From assembly GCA_042219475.1 (NCBI GenBank), contig JBDGPX010000121.1, positions 232 through 64,231 on the forward strand: a stretch of 64,000 bases of DNA, given 5' to 3'. Position numbers and translations under genes: made by a program. Source of the DNA: Halobacteriales archaeon (GTDB taxonomy: Archaea; Halobacteriota; Halobacteria; Halobacteriales; Hikarchaeaceae). Below are positions 1 to 10,192 of the stretch, one piece after another; position 1 is the stretch's first letter; each line of letters opens with the position of its first letter. The notes beneath the pieces were generated by a model, which worked only from the letters and a program-made list of their open reading frames with translations, did not search any database and was not told the origin of the DNA.

Positions 1-721
1 GTCGTGATTCGTCGACGGCCGTGATCGCCTTGGCCATCTTCGCCATCGCGCCACCGGAGTGGGCCGAGGAGCCGTGGCCGGCCGGCCCGGTGAACGTTGC
101 CTGCATCGGACAGGAGACCTTCTCGTTCATTTGGATCGGGTAGAATCGCTCGCCGGCGATCTCCGTCGAGAAGCCGCCGAACTCTCCGATGGCGTACTCG
201 ACACCCTCGAAAGCCTCGGGGTGCTCCTCGATCATGAACGCAGCCCCGTCACTTCCGCCGGCCTCCTCGTCGCTGAGGATACAGAGCAGGAGGTCTCCGC
301 CGAGATCGATATCGTCGACGGCGGCCCGCAGATACGCGGCAGTCATCATTGCGACGCCGCCCTTCATGTCAAGGGCGCCCCGTCCCCAGACGAGGTCGTC
401 TTCGATGACACCCTCGAACGGCGGATGGGTCCAGTCCTGCCCCTCGGTCGGCACGACGTCGACGTGGCCGTAGAGCAGGAGGGCGGGAGCATCGCCGCCG
501 GATTGTCGTGAAACGAGATTCAGCCGGTCGGGATCGTTCGCGTAGGTCTCGTATTCGAGGCCATAGGTATCCAGGAGCTCGCCGATCCATTCGACACAGG
601 CCCGCTCGTCGCCGGGCGGATTCGTGGTGTCAAAGCGGATGAGTTCCTGAAGGAGTTCGATGGGTCGTTCGTGCATGTCGGTATCGACCGGTGGTGAACG
701 GGTACCGTCGGATTCGGCCAT
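1..721 (-). CDS. M20 family metallopeptidase (ArgE/DapE/CPG2-like); C-terminal part lies beyond the window edge
   Basis: Own translation of the minus strand from ATG (complement of 719-721): MAESDGTRSPPVDTDMHERPIELLQELIRFDTTNPPGDE...LLLYGHVDVVPTEG...WGRGALDMKGG...GPAGHGSSAHSGG. The frame is open to position 1. It is absent from the ORF track because there is no stop in the window. Confidence 0.8.
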   Translation of the reverse strand, partial: MAESDGTRSPPVDTDMHERPIELLQELIRFDTTNPPGDERACVEWIGELLDTYGLEYETYANDPDRLNLVSRQSGGDAPALLLYGHVDVVPTEGQDWTHPPFEGVIEDDLVWGRGALDMKGGVAMMTAAYLRAAVDDIDLGGDLLLCILSDEEAGGSDGAAFMIEEHPEAFEGVEYAIGEFGGFSTEIAGERFYPIQMNEKVSCPMQATFTGPAGHGSSAHSGGAMAKMAKAITAVDESR

Positions 722-847
722 GACTCTACGACGACCGGGGTCGACAATAAGCGTGAACAATCCGGCGATCGCCCGCGACGGCGGGTCACGAACACGAGGT
801 CGTATCGGAGTGGCGACCCGACTATCGGGCGATCCGATTCGGGCCGA

Positions 848-2014
848 TCACCACCACCGGTTCGACTCCAGGCGATCGATCGCCTCTCGGAGGGTGGCTT
901 CGTTGCGGGAGAAGGTAAACCGGACCCAGTCGGCATCGCCATCGGTATAGAAACTGCTGCCGGGGACCACGGCGACCCCAGCCTCCCGGGCCAGACGGAG
1001 CGAGAACTGGTGGTCGTCCTCCTCGGTGGGATACCGGGCCATCATGTAGTAACTCCCAGCCGGTTTCCGGGGGTCGAGCCCGGCGTCCTGGAGCCCCTCG
1101 TAGAGCAGCTCCCGTCGCTGTTCGTACGACGCTGCGAGCTCCTCGTAGTAGGAATCGGGCAACGAGAGTGCCTCGACGCCGGCCCGCTGGAACGGCGTCG
1201 GCGCACAGATCGTCGTGTAGTCATGAACCTTCCGGAGTTGGGCCGAGAGCGGTTTCGGGGCGAGTGCGAACCCGACACGCCAGCCGGTGACGCTGAACGT
1301 CTTCGACAGGCCCGTACAGACGATCGTCCGGCCGGTCAGATCGGCGACTTCGACCGGACTGACGTAGCGGTCCTCCTCGTAGATGATGTGTTCGTAGATC
1401 TCGTCGGTGATGACGATGAGCTCCTCCTCGCGGGCGACCTCCGCGATCACTTCCAGTTCCGACTCGGTGAAGACCTTCCCCGTGGGGTTCTGTGGTGTGT
1501 TCAACAGGAGGATCGACGCATCGGCGGCCGCCCGCCGGAGCTCCGCCGGATCGACGGTCATGTCCTCGGTGATGTCGATCGGATATCCCTCCCCTTCGGC
1601 GAACTGTGTGGCCGGAATGTAGCTCTCGTAGGTCGGTTCGAAGTAGATCACCCCGTCGCCGGGATCACACAGCGCGAACATCGCCGACATCACTGCCTCG
1701 GAGGTCCCCGTCGTGATCGTCACCTCAGTCTCGGGATCGTACTCGACACCCTTCCAGTCGGCATACCGATCGGCGACCCGCTCGCGCAGGTCGGGTAGCC
1801 CCCAGGTGAGTGTATATTGGCTCTCGGCGTCGATGGCCTCCTTGGCGGCCTGTTTGATCACAGCTGGCGTCTCGTCCTCGTCGGGAATGCCCTGTGAGAG
1901 GTTGATCGCGTCGTGTTCGAGGGCCTCGCGAGTCATCTCGCGGATCACCGACTCGACGACGGTGTTGGTCCGATCGCTGCCGACGGCCGCCGAGAACGGG
2001 GAGTCGATCGTCAT
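848..2014 (-). CDS. PLP-dependent aminotransferase, class I/II
   Basis: 388-aa ORF. PLP-lysine context LSKTFSVTGWRVGF, NTPQNPTG motif, acidic composition. Confidence 0.9.
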   Translation of the reverse strand: MTIDSPFSAAVGSDRTNTVVESVIREMTREALEHDAINLSQGIPDEDETPAVIKQAAKEAIDAESQYTLTWGLPDLRERVADRYADWKGVEYDPETEVTITTGTSEAVMSAMFALCDPGDGVIYFEPTYESYIPATQFAEGEGYPIDITEDMTVDPAELRRAAADASILLLNTPQNPTGKVFTESELEVIAEVAREEELIVITDEIYEHIIYEEDRYVSPVEVADLTGRTIVCTGLSKTFSVTGWRVGFALAPKPLSAQLRKVHDYTTICAPTPFQRAGVEALSLPDSYYEELAASYEQRRELLYEGLQDAGLDPRKPAGSYYMMARYPTEEDDHQFSLRLAREAGVAVVPGSSFYTDGDADWVRFTFSRNEATLREAIDRLESNRWW

Positions 2015-2334
2015 GGATGGTCAAATAGGGGTCACGGATAAAGAGCATGCTGATCCCGCTAACTACTGACGATGGTGTCGTCGTGTTTGGCGATCATTCG
2101 TTCAGCGATCAGGGGTTACGTTTGTCTCAGTTCGATTTTTCTTTTCTTCGCCGACGGCAACTACTGAGGATCCGCATCTGCTCGGTGTCCAGTTGTCTGC
2201 CCCCTCTGTCATGCCCACGGACTCTCGCTGCCATCCTGCTGGCTTGTTTCGGTCTCTTCTAGATGCGTACCCGATCTGTGTCTGGCGTTGTTACAATGAA
2301 TGCGGACAATCGCGAATCCTGCTAATCCCCGACG

Positions 2335-3330
2335 CTACAGCCACTCGGCGCCGGTGGTCACGTCGTTTGCTGGGATCTCCCCACGGAAGACTCGCCGGAT
2401 CTCCTCGGCAGCACGTCGACGGACTTCGTCACGGGATTCTTCGGAGTACCACCCGATATGGGGTGTGACGATCACATCGTCGCGGTCGAGCAGGCGGCGA
2501 TCCGACGGAGGTTCCTCCGCCAGCACATCGAGGCCGGCGGCCCGGACGGTCCCCGAATCAAGCGCCTCGATCAGTGCTTCCTCATCGATGACGCCCCCAC
2601 GACTCGTGTTGATGAGGATCATCCCGGCGTCGGTGTCGTCCGCCGCCATCGTCTCAAAGGCGGCCGTGTCGATCATCGATTCTGTCTCCTCGGTCAGTGG
2701 CGTATGCATGGAGATCGCATCCGCCCGTCGGAGTAGCTCGTCGAAGCCGACCCGTTCGACACCGTGGGTTTCGAAGACATCGTCATCAAGGTATGGATCG
2801 TACGCGACCACCGTCTCGAACAGCGGCTTGGCCTTCTGGGCGATCCGCCGACCGATCCGTCCGAAGGCGATCACGCCGAGCGTCCGTTCCTGGAGGCGAA
2901 AGAGGGGGACGCCGCGTTTCCAGTCCCAGTTGCCGGCCTCGGTGTCGGCGTTGTAGGTCGGAATCTCCCGAGCCAACGTTATCAACAATCCGAGGGCGTG
3001 GGTCGAGACCTCATCGACGCTGTAATCAGGGACGTTCGTCACGGCGATTCCCCGATCGTGGGCGGCATCGATGGCGATGTTGTCGACACCGATCCCCACG
3101 CGAGCGACGATCTTGAGCGCGTCGAGCGCGTCGAGAACCCGTTCCGTCACCGGCGTCCCAGCATCGACCATGATTCCCTCGGCATCCATCGCGGCCTCGA
3201 TTACGCCGGCCTCCGTCCGGTGGGGCGACATCTCGATCTCGACGGGACCGTCGAACTCATCGAACACCTGCCGTTCGATCGCGAGGTTCGGCCGCTTGGT
3301 ATCGAAGACCACCACGTGACGTGGGTCCAT
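2335..3330 (-). CDS. D-isomer-specific 2-hydroxyacid dehydrogenase (SerA/CtBP-like)
   Basis: 331-aa ORF. NAD fold GVIAFGRIGRRIAQKA, C-terminal VIVTPHIGWYSEES motif. Confidence 0.85.
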   Translation of the reverse strand: MDPRHVVVFDTKRPNLAIERQVFDEFDGPVEIEMSPHRTEAGVIEAAMDAEGIMVDAGTPVTERVLDALDALKIVARVGIGVDNIAIDAAHDRGIAVTNVPDYSVDEVSTHALGLLITLAREIPTYNADTEAGNWDWKRGVPLFRLQERTLGVIAFGRIGRRIAQKAKPLFETVVAYDPYLDDDVFETHGVERVGFDELLRRADAISMHTPLTEETESMIDTAAFETMAADDTDAGMILINTSRGGVIDEEALIEALDSGTVRAAGLDVLAEEPPSDRRLLDRDDVIVTPHIGWYSEESRDEVRRRAAEEIRRVFRGEIPANDVTTGAEWL

Positions 3331-3522
3331 GTGCTACTCCACCCCTCATCCCGACGGCCTATAATCGTTGTTCTTGCTCGAAACAGCTGTGGAACGGACG
3401 GTACCGCATCCTCGCCAGCTCCTCTATCCTCCGGAACACCTTGATTCAGCAACATTTTACTCGCCACACCATCAGTTCCCAGCGATGGACACGCTTGGAG
3501 TGTCGTTCCGGAGGTCGCCCTC

Positions 3523-5088
3523 ATGACCGTTCTCGTCTTAGGCGATCAACTCACCCGGTCGGTCGGGCCGGTGGCCCGCCGGTCGGACGATCGGGTCTGC
3601 ATGATCGAGACCCGTGAATTCGCCCGCCGGCTGCCGTATCATCCCCACAAGCTCGTGCTCGTGTTCAGTGCAATGCGACACTTCCGCGATGCGCTCCGGG
3701 CGGCAGGCCGTCGCGTCGACTACTATCAGGTCGAAACGTTCGCGGACGGCTTCGCGGAGCACTTCGATCGCTGGCCGGCCGATACGCTGGTCACCATGCG
3801 ATCGACCAGCGACGGCGGGACCGACCGGTTGCGATCGCTGGTCGATGCCGCTGGTGGCACGCTAGAAACCGTCGACAACGACCTCTTTCTCTGTTCGATC
3901 GAGCAGTTCGAGGCGTGGGCCGACAGGGACGATCACCCCCGTCACGAGGAATTCTACCGGTTCATGCGCCGAGACACCGGCTATCTCATGGCCGATGGCG
4001 AGCCGGTCGGCGGGACGTGGAATTATGACGAGGACAACCGCGAGACGCCCCCGCCTGACTACGATCCACCCGAACCACCAGCCTTCGAACCCGACGAGCT
4101 GACACAGGAAGTCATCGCGTGGGTCGATGAGACGTTCGCCGGCGGCTACGAGACGCCGCCCTATGGCGGTGACTGGGCGGATCCGGTCACGTTTCGGTGG
4201 CCGGTGACACGATCGGAGGCCCTGACGGCCCTCGAGGATTTCATCGAGCACCGGCTGCCCGAGTTCGGTCCCTATCAGGATGCTATGGTCGCTGGGGAGT
4301 GGGCACTCAACCACGCACTGCTCTCGCCGGCACTTAACCTCGGGTTGCTCCATCCCGTCGAGGTCGTCGAACGGGCCATCAAGGCGGGTACGGAACGCGA
4401 GGACATCCCTCTCCAGAGCCTTGAAGGGTTTGTCCGCCAGATCATCGGCTGGCGGGAGTTCGTCCGCCACATCTACCGTCGGGCGATGCCCGAGTTGGCG
4501 ACGGCCAACCAGCTCGATGCCGACGGAACACTCCCGGCGTTTTATTGGACCGGCGAGACCGACATGGCCTGTCTCGCCGACGCCGTCGCGGGCGTCCGTC
4601 GCCGTGGCTACAGCCACCACATCCAGCGGCTGATGGTGCTGTCGAACTTCGCGTTGCTCGCCGGCGTCCGACCGGCCGCAGTAAACCGGTGGTTCCATGC
4701 CGCCTACACCGACGCGTTCCACTGGGTGACGACGCCGAACGTCGTCGGGATGGGGATGTTCGGAAGCGATGTCCTCTCGACGAAACCGTATGCGGCCTCG
4801 GCGAACTACATCGATCGGATGGGCGATTACTGTGCGGACTGTCCTTACGATCCGGATGTGGCGGTCGGCGAGGACGCCTGTCCGTTCAACACTCTCTACT
4901 GGGCATTCCTCGATCGCAACGAGGAGCAGCTCCGGACCAATCACCGGGTGGGATTGGTGTACCATCACCTTGATAACAAGGATGCAGAGGAGCTGGCCCG
5001 GATCCGGACACGGGCTGCGGATCTCCGAGAGCGGTTTGATGTCACCGACGGTTCCCCCTCGGATGGGCAAGTCATCGACGATCCCTGA
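3523..5088 (+). CDS. Cryptochrome/photolyase family protein, FeS-BCP (CryPro / prokaryotic (6-4) photolyase-like) type
   Basis: 521-aa ORF of COG3046 architecture. Four Cys in FeS-cluster spacing: DMACLAD, then YCADC followed 13 residues later by ACPF. HHIQRLM motif. Confidence 0.85.
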   Translation: MTVLVLGDQLTRSVGPVARRSDDRVCMIETREFARRLPYHPHKLVLVFSAMRHFRDALRAAGRRVDYYQVETFADGFAEHFDRWPADTLVTMRSTSDGGTDRLRSLVDAAGGTLETVDNDLFLCSIEQFEAWADRDDHPRHEEFYRFMRRDTGYLMADGEPVGGTWNYDEDNRETPPPDYDPPEPPAFEPDELTQEVIAWVDETFAGGYETPPYGGDWADPVTFRWPVTRSEALTALEDFIEHRLPEFGPYQDAMVAGEWALNHALLSPALNLGLLHPVEVVERAIKAGTEREDIPLQSLEGFVRQIIGWREFVRHIYRRAMPELATANQLDADGTLPAFYWTGETDMACLADAVAGVRRRGYSHHIQRLMVLSNFALLAGVRPAAVNRWFHAAYTDAFHWVTTPNVVGMGMFGSDVLSTKPYAASANYIDRMGDYCADCPYDPDVAVGEDACPFNTLYWAFLDRNEEQLRTNHRVGLVYHHLDNKDAEELARIRTRAADLRERFDVTDGSPSDGQVIDDP

Positions 5089-5165
5089 ATCGTGATACCA
5101 TATTATCCCTCCACGTGGCCGTCTCGATCGCAGAGCGTAAGCCGATTTATCCGTATCGATGAGAT

Positions 5166-6578
5166 GTGCCAGCCGATTACGCCAGCGGGTTCCAGGGCGT
5201 CGATGAGGAATACCGGGGTTTCCCGCTCGATGTCGAGGGGACGATCCCCGGATGGCTCACCGGCTCGTTGCTGCGCAATGGACCGGGAACGTTCGAAATC
5301 AATGGGAACTCCGTCGATCACTGGTTCGATGGCCTCGCGATGCTCCGGAAGTTCACCTTCGCGGCCGACACCATCCGGTACTCGAACCGGTTTCTCCGGA
5401 CGGATGCCTACGAGCAGGCACAACGTGGGGTGTTCGACGGCGGGTTTGCGACCGGTGAATCAACCCTTCGCGAGCGGCTCAAATCCTTTCTCTTCGCCGA
5501 TACCTACGACAACACCAATATCATTGCCGAGCGGCTTGGCGATCGATATTTCGCGCTGACCGAGACGCCACGGTGGGTCGAATTCGACCCCGACACGCTC
5601 GAAACCGTCGGCGATTTCGAATATTCGGGACCGGCACCGAGCGGCCAGTTGGCCTGTGGCCACCTCCAGTTCGATCCGGCGACCGGGGAATGGATCAACT
5701 TCGAGGTCGAGTTCGGTCGGACCAGTCAGTATCACGTCTATGCCATGACTGTCCCCGACGATCGGCGGCCGATCGCCTCGATCCCCGTCGAGCGGGTCGC
5801 CTACATGCATAGCTTCGCGCTGACGCCCTCCTACATCGTCCTTACGGAATTCCCGTTCACCGTCAACCCACTGGTTTTCTTCAAACCCGGCCGACAGCCA
5901 CCGTTCATCGACCACTTCGAATGGGACCCCGATCGCGGTACCCGGTTTATCGTCATCGACCGCTCGACCGGTAAAATCGTCACCGAGCCCCGAACGGACC
6001 CGTACTTCGGCTTCCATCACGTCAACGCCTTCGAACGCGACGGCGAGCTCGTCGTCGACCTCGAGACGATCCCCGATGCGGACGCTGTCGAGACGCTCTA
6101 TCTCGACGATCTCGAATCCGGCCTGGATACGCCCGCCGCGTCGATCCGTCGGTTCCGGGTCGATTTCTCGGCCACATCACAGATCACCGTCGATCCCATC
6201 TACGAGGGTGGCACCGCACTCCCGACGGTCTCGCCCGATGTCTGGCTTCGACCGTACCGGTTCGTCTACACACAGTCGACCGACGAACACGTCACCCAGT
6301 GGCCCGATTCGCTCCTGAAGATCGATGTCGAAACCGCCGACGTGTGGGAATTTTCGGTGTCGGATGCCTACTGCAGCGAGCCGATCTTCGTCCCCCGCCC
6401 TGCTGGGACGGCCGAGGACGATGGAGTCGTGCTCAGCGTTATGCTCGATACGGCCAGCGATGATTCCTGGCTCGTGATCCTCGACGGCGAGACGTTCGAG
6501 GAGCGGGCTCGGGCCCGGCTCCCACACCGGCTACCCTACGATTTCCACGGGCGGTTCTTCCCGGAGACCACGCCCTGA
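5166..6578 (+). CDS. Carotenoid oxygenase (RPE65/CCD family dioxygenase)
   Basis: 470-aa ORF with a GTG start directly after an in-frame TGA. Four iron-ligand His contexts: CGHLQFD, YMHSFALT, FGFHHVNAFE, YDFHGRFF. N-terminal LRNGPG. Confidence 0.9.
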   Translation: MPADYASGFQGVDEEYRGFPLDVEGTIPGWLTGSLLRNGPGTFEINGNSVDHWFDGLAMLRKFTFAADTIRYSNRFLRTDAYEQAQRGVFDGGFATGESTLRERLKSFLFADTYDNTNIIAERLGDRYFALTETPRWVEFDPDTLETVGDFEYSGPAPSGQLACGHLQFDPATGEWINFEVEFGRTSQYHVYAMTVPDDRRPIASIPVERVAYMHSFALTPSYIVLTEFPFTVNPLVFFKPGRQPPFIDHFEWDPDRGTRFIVIDRSTGKIVTEPRTDPYFGFHHVNAFERDGELVVDLETIPDADAVETLYLDDLESGLDTPAASIRRFRVDFSATSQITVDPIYEGGTALPTVSPDVWLRPYRFVYTQSTDEHVTQWPDSLLKIDVETADVWEFSVSDAYCSEPIFVPRPAGTAEDDGVVLSVMLDTASDDSWLVILDGETFEERARARLPHRLPYDFHGRFFPETTP

Positions 6579-6603
6579 TCACGTCCGATTCGGCCGTCGG
6601 CTC

Positions 6604-7080
6604 TCAGCTGTGGTCCCGGAGCAGTTGCGCCTGTTCGGTGCGGTCCAGCCATTCGTAGGCGTTGGCATCGTATTCGAGCGATAACACCGGCAGGTCGATC
6701 GACCCGATGGAGACGTATTCACGGTGGTCGGTCACATCGACCGGTCGGTCCCACGAACCGTCGGCCCGACGTTTGCGCAGGGCACCGATGACTTCGACCG
6801 TATACCCCTCGAGCGTGAGTGCGCCGAGATATGATCCGAGCTGCTCCGAGCGCGTCCAGGTGATCGGCTCCATGATCGAGTCGACAAACACCCGCTCGAT
6901 CGTCGTCGCGCCGGCGACATCGGTCTGGACATCGATATCGTCCGGCTCGACGGGGACGCCCTGCAGCGCGAAGCTCGTGCTGCAGGTGAGGGCCCAGTCG
7001 ACGGCCATCTCGGCTTCGATCAGTCGGCGATGGACCGTCCGGGCGGCAGCCAACCGATCGGCGTCGATCGGACCTGGCAT
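6604..7080 (-). CDS. Nucleotidyltransferase-fold protein (hypothetical)
   Basis: 158-aa ORF, 3 nt downstream of cgi121. Acidic DxD-like stretch GVPVEPDDIDVQTD. Family assignment is tentative. Confidence 0.5.
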   Translation of the reverse strand: MPGPIDADRLAAARTVHRRLIEAEMAVDWALTCSTSFALQGVPVEPDDIDVQTDVAGATTIERVFVDSIMEPITWTRSEQLGSYLGALTLEGYTVEVIGALRKRRADGSWDRPVDVTDHREYVSIGSIDLPVLSLEYDANAYEWLDRTEQAQLLRDHS

Positions 7081-7083
7081 GGC

Positions 7084-7587
7084 TCATCTCTCGACGACCA
7101 GCAGTGCCACGCGTTCGATGACGAGTTCAGCGAGCGTCGCCGTGGTCGCCGCGAGTTCGTCGTCGGTGATGTCGAAGAATTCCCGGATCCGTGCTTCGTC
7201 CCGACATGCCGCGATCGATCGTTCATCTGCAAGCAGCGTCTCGACGGCCTCGGCAGCCACGGATTCGTCGGCTTCGTCGGTCTCACCGGCGATGAGCACG
7301 ACGACTGGTCGCTCGCCCGGGCTGACACCCATCTCGAGTGCGCGGTTGATCTGGCGGCGGCCGGCGGCGTACAGCAGGATTTCGACGCCACGGTCGCGGG
7401 CGATCGCCTCGTCCCGTTCGATGGCCCGATCGGCGTGTTCGAGTGCGGCTCGGAGGTGCTCGCTGCTGGCGACGTACCGAGCGTCGAACGCCTGGACCGT
7501 ACAACCGTAGGTGTCGCCGATAGTATCGAGTTGATCGACGAACTCATCGACCGCGTCGATGCTCGCCATGCCACAGCGGAGGATCAT
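7084..7587 (-). CDS. cgi121: KEOPS complex subunit Cgi121
   Basis: 167-aa ORF. Its start overlaps the hel308 stop (ATGA at 7584-7587); an alternative start is 7569. Cgi121-like [19 protein letters not shown] core. Same neighbourhood as in Haloferax, from memory. Confidence 0.65.
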   Translation of the reverse strand: MILRCGMASIDAVDEFVDQLDTIGDTYGCTVQAFDARYVASSEHLRAALEHADRAIERDEAIARDRGVEILLYAAGRRQINRALEMGVSPGERPVVVLIAGETDEADESVAAEAVETLLADERSIAACRDEARIREFFDITDDELAATTATLAELVIERVALLVVER

Positions 7588-9854
7588 CCGAAATCACCGA
7601 GGCTGGCCTGTTCTTCGGGGTCGTCCGTTTCGACCGCATCGTTCGTGTTGTTCGATCGTGCCCCCGTGGTGTCCGTATTGGCCTCGACGGCGTCCGGCCC
7701 CATCGATGGATCCTGTCGACCGGCGTTCCGGAGGATGTTCTCGGCGGTCTGTCGGCGACCTTGGAGCGCTTCGAGGATCGTGCTCTTCTCGGCGGTCCGG
7801 AGGTCGGCGCGGGACTCGATCCCCGCCTCGTAGAGCCGACGGGCCCGCTTGCGGCCGACGCCCGGGACGCCGACCAGATCGAGCAGTTCCTCGCGAACGC
7901 CGTGCTCGACCCGCAAGCGGGCTTTCCGGATGGCACTCACACAGTCGAGATTGAGTTCGCCAGCGAGCCGTTCGGCGGCGTGTAACAGCCACTCGGCCGT
8001 TTCGACTTTGCCGCGGATGTCGCCCGGGCCGATGCCGTACCGGCTCGTGATCCGGTCTTCGTCGAGTTCATCGCCCCAGTCGGCGAGCATGCGAGCCGTT
8101 TTCAGCGCGGCCAGCCAGTCCTCGAAGGCGTGTTCGTCGAATTCCGAGGGCATCCGGCCGAGGAACTCCGATTCGTGTTCGTAGGCCAATTCGGTGTAGG
8201 TCTCCCGATCGCCCGACCGCAGGTAGAGTTCGTACATATCGGGCGTCCGGCTGATCAGATGGTACAAGCCCAGTGCGGTCACCTCCTGATCGGGGTCGGC
8301 GGCTTCGAGCCCGTCGACGATCTCGGCGGCGCTCATCGGGTCGATGTACAGCTGGGAGACCGCATGTCCGAGTGATGTCGCCGTCAGTCCATCGCCGTCA
8401 CGCTCGATGAACCGGTTGCGTTCGAGGTACTCCAGTACCGTCTCGATCACGCGGTCGAGCCGGCCGCGTTCGGTCGTCTGAATGGCGTACAACGTCTCGT
8501 CCAGAAACGATCGGACGCCCTCGACGGTCGTCGCAAAGCCGGTCGCGACCGTCGCCAGCAGATGCGTTCGGAGTGCGGGCTCGGTGGCCAGCTTCGACTG
8601 CACCGGTTCCGGATCAGCGTGGATGTAGCGTTCGAACAGTTCGTCGAGTTCGTCGTGGCTGTTGGCGATCAAAAGCGCCTCGCCGTACGGGTCGAGGCCC
8701 GGTCGGCCGGCCCGCCCGAACATCTGATGAACCTCGAGGGTGTCAAGCGGTGCCATCCCGCCTCGGCTCGCGTCGTAGCGCCGCCAATCGCGAACGATCA
8801 CGCGTCGACTGGGGGTGTTCACGCCCGCAGCGAGGGTCGGCGTCGCGGCGATGACTTTGATCCGACGATCCCGAAAGGCGTCCTCGACCAGCGAGCGGTG
8901 GTCCGATTGCAGGCCGGCATGGTGGAAGGCCGCCCCTTTCTCGACGGCATCGGCCAGATCACGGCTGGTTTCGGTGTCGCTAACGTCGCGGATCTCCGCG
9001 GCCACCGATTCGAGTGTCTCGCGGGTATCGGGGGCGAGCGTCTCGTCGACGACATCGGCCAGACGGCGCGCGGCGGCCTCGGCGTTGCGTCGGGAATTGA
9101 CGAAGACGAGTGTCGATCCGCCGTCGGTTAAGGTATCCCGGACCAAAGTCGCCGTCGCCTTCTCGCGGCCACCCTGTAGTTCGGCCATGTCACCGTCGTC
9201 GTAACGGATGGCGTTCCCGTAGTACACGCCTCGGCGGAGATCGATCGGTCGCCAGGTCGTATCGATCAACTCGGCGTCGAGCCAGGCGGCGATCTCATCG
9301 GCGTTGCCGATCGTCGCCGAGAGCGCGACGGTCTGGAGATCGGGCACGGTGCTTCGGAGCTTGCCAAGCGTCACCTCGAGGGTCGGCCCGCGGTCACGAT
9401 CGTCGACGAGATGGACTTCGTCGGCGACGACACAGGTGAGATCGGCGATCCAATCGGCCCCGTTTCTGATCAACGAGTCGACCTTCTCGCTGGTCGCGAC
9501 GATGATGTCCTTGGCGGCGAGCCACTCGCCTGTCGACTCGTAATTTCCCGTCGAGACGCCCACCTCAAGCCCGAGTGATTCGAACTGCTCGAATTCGGCT
9601 TGCTTTTCGGTCGCGAGCGCTCGCAAGGGGACGATATAAAGCGCCTTCCCGCCCCGTTCGATGGCCGCGAGCATTGCCAGTGCGGCGATGAGTGTTTTGC
9701 CGCTGGCCGTGGGCACGCTCGCGACGATATTCTCGCCCGTGAGGACGCCCGCTTCGACGGCCTCAGCCTGGGGAGGATACAGCTCCTCGATACCATCGGC
9801 TCGGAGTTGTTCGATGGCGCCGTCAGGTAGGCCTGACAGCTCCCCGACGTTCAT
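7584..9854 (-). CDS. hel308: Ski2-like ATP-dependent DNA helicase Hel308
   Basis: 756-aa ORF. Walker A PTASGKT, DEVH box, C-terminal winged-helix/HhH region [17 protein letters not shown]. Confidence 0.95.
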   Translation of the reverse strand: MNVGELSGLPDGAIEQLRADGIEELYPPQAEAVEAGVLTGENIVASVPTASGKTLIAALAMLAAIERGGKALYIVPLRALATEKQAEFEQFESLGLEVGVSTGNYESTGEWLAAKDIIVATSEKVDSLIRNGADWIADLTCVVADEVHLVDDRDRGPTLEVTLGKLRSTVPDLQTVALSATIGNADEIAAWLDAELIDTTWRPIDLRRGVYYGNAIRYDDGDMAELQGGREKATATLVRDTLTDGGSTLVFVNSRRNAEAAARRLADVVDETLAPDTRETLESVAAEIRDVSDTETSRDLADAVEKGAAFHHAGLQSDHRSLVEDAFRDRRIKVIAATPTLAAGVNTPSRRVIVRDWRRYDASRGGMAPLDTLEVHQMFGRAGRPGLDPYGEALLIANSHDELDELFERYIHADPEPVQSKLATEPALRTHLLATVATGFATTVEGVRSFLDETLYAIQTTERGRLDRVIETVLEYLERNRFIERDGDGLTATSLGHAVSQLYIDPMSAAEIVDGLEAADPDQEVTALGLYHLISRTPDMYELYLRSGDRETYTELAYEHESEFLGRMPSEFDEHAFEDWLAALKTARMLADWGDELDEDRITSRYGIGPGDIRGKVETAEWLLHAAERLAGELNLDCVSAIRKARLRVEHGVREELLDLVGVPGVGRKRARRLYEAGIESRADLRTAEKSTILEALQGRRQTAENILRNAGRQDPSMGPDAVEANTDTTGARSNNTNDAVETDDPEEQASLGDFG

Positions 9855-9946
9855 TGTCCTCGGATAGTCGGTTGCTCCGGTTTAAACTATCGTCTCCGTC
9901 GGATCCGACCGCCATGACTTTGCCGATGCCGGCGTAACCACACCGC

Positions 9947-10192
9947 ATGCGCATCGAGTACGATCGGGACACCTGCACGGGCATGTTCCAATGTATCCAC
10001 GAGTGGGATGCGTTCGTCGAGAATCTGGAGGCTGGCAAGGCCGAACTCGAAGGTGCTGAGGAGATCGAGGATGGATTGTTCGTCCGGGATGTCCCTGAGG
10101 ACGCGGAACTCGACGCGAAGTTCGCTGCCCGGACCTGCCCGGTTGATGCGATCACTCTCTACGACGACGACGGCGAACAGCTGATCCCGTGA
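9947..10192 (+). CDS. Small ferredoxin (single Fe-S cluster type)
   Basis: 81-aa acidic ORF. DRDTCTGMFQCIHEW plus distal ARTCPVDAI (Cx5C...CP pattern). Confidence 0.7.
   Translation: MRIEYDRDTCTGMFQCIHEWDAFVENLEAGKAELEGAEEIEDGLFVRDVPEDAELDAKFAARTCPVDAITLYDDDGEQLIP

Noticed and set aside
1010-1798. Long plus-strand ORF (262 aa) opposite the aminotransferase. The same pattern appears at 3862-5070(-), 5460-6020(-), 6662-7510(+), 7030-7833(+), 16229-17125(+), 18992-19834(+), 19928-20623(+), 21390-22394(+), 22458-23114(+), 23162-23983(+), 29309-30358(+), 34616-35404(+), 35512-36684(+), 38477-39715(-), 40541-41725(+), 44830-45369(-), 49336-50142(+), 51227-52243(-), 53456-54484(-), 57337-57951(+), 59382-60107(+), 62688-63161(+).
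   Set aside because: These are high-GC shadow ORFs. Their products are Arg/Gly/Pro-rich or basic, have no motifs, and fully overlap genes with clear family signatures on the other strand or in another frame.
2015-2334. 320-nt gap between two minus-strand genes, with T-rich tracts and a 71-aa plus-strand ORF.
   Set aside because: The ORF has an implausible composition. The proximal part is explained by a leaderless-type promoter for the aminotransferase (CTCTTTATCC upstream of the ATG). No repeats or strong structures were seen in the rest.
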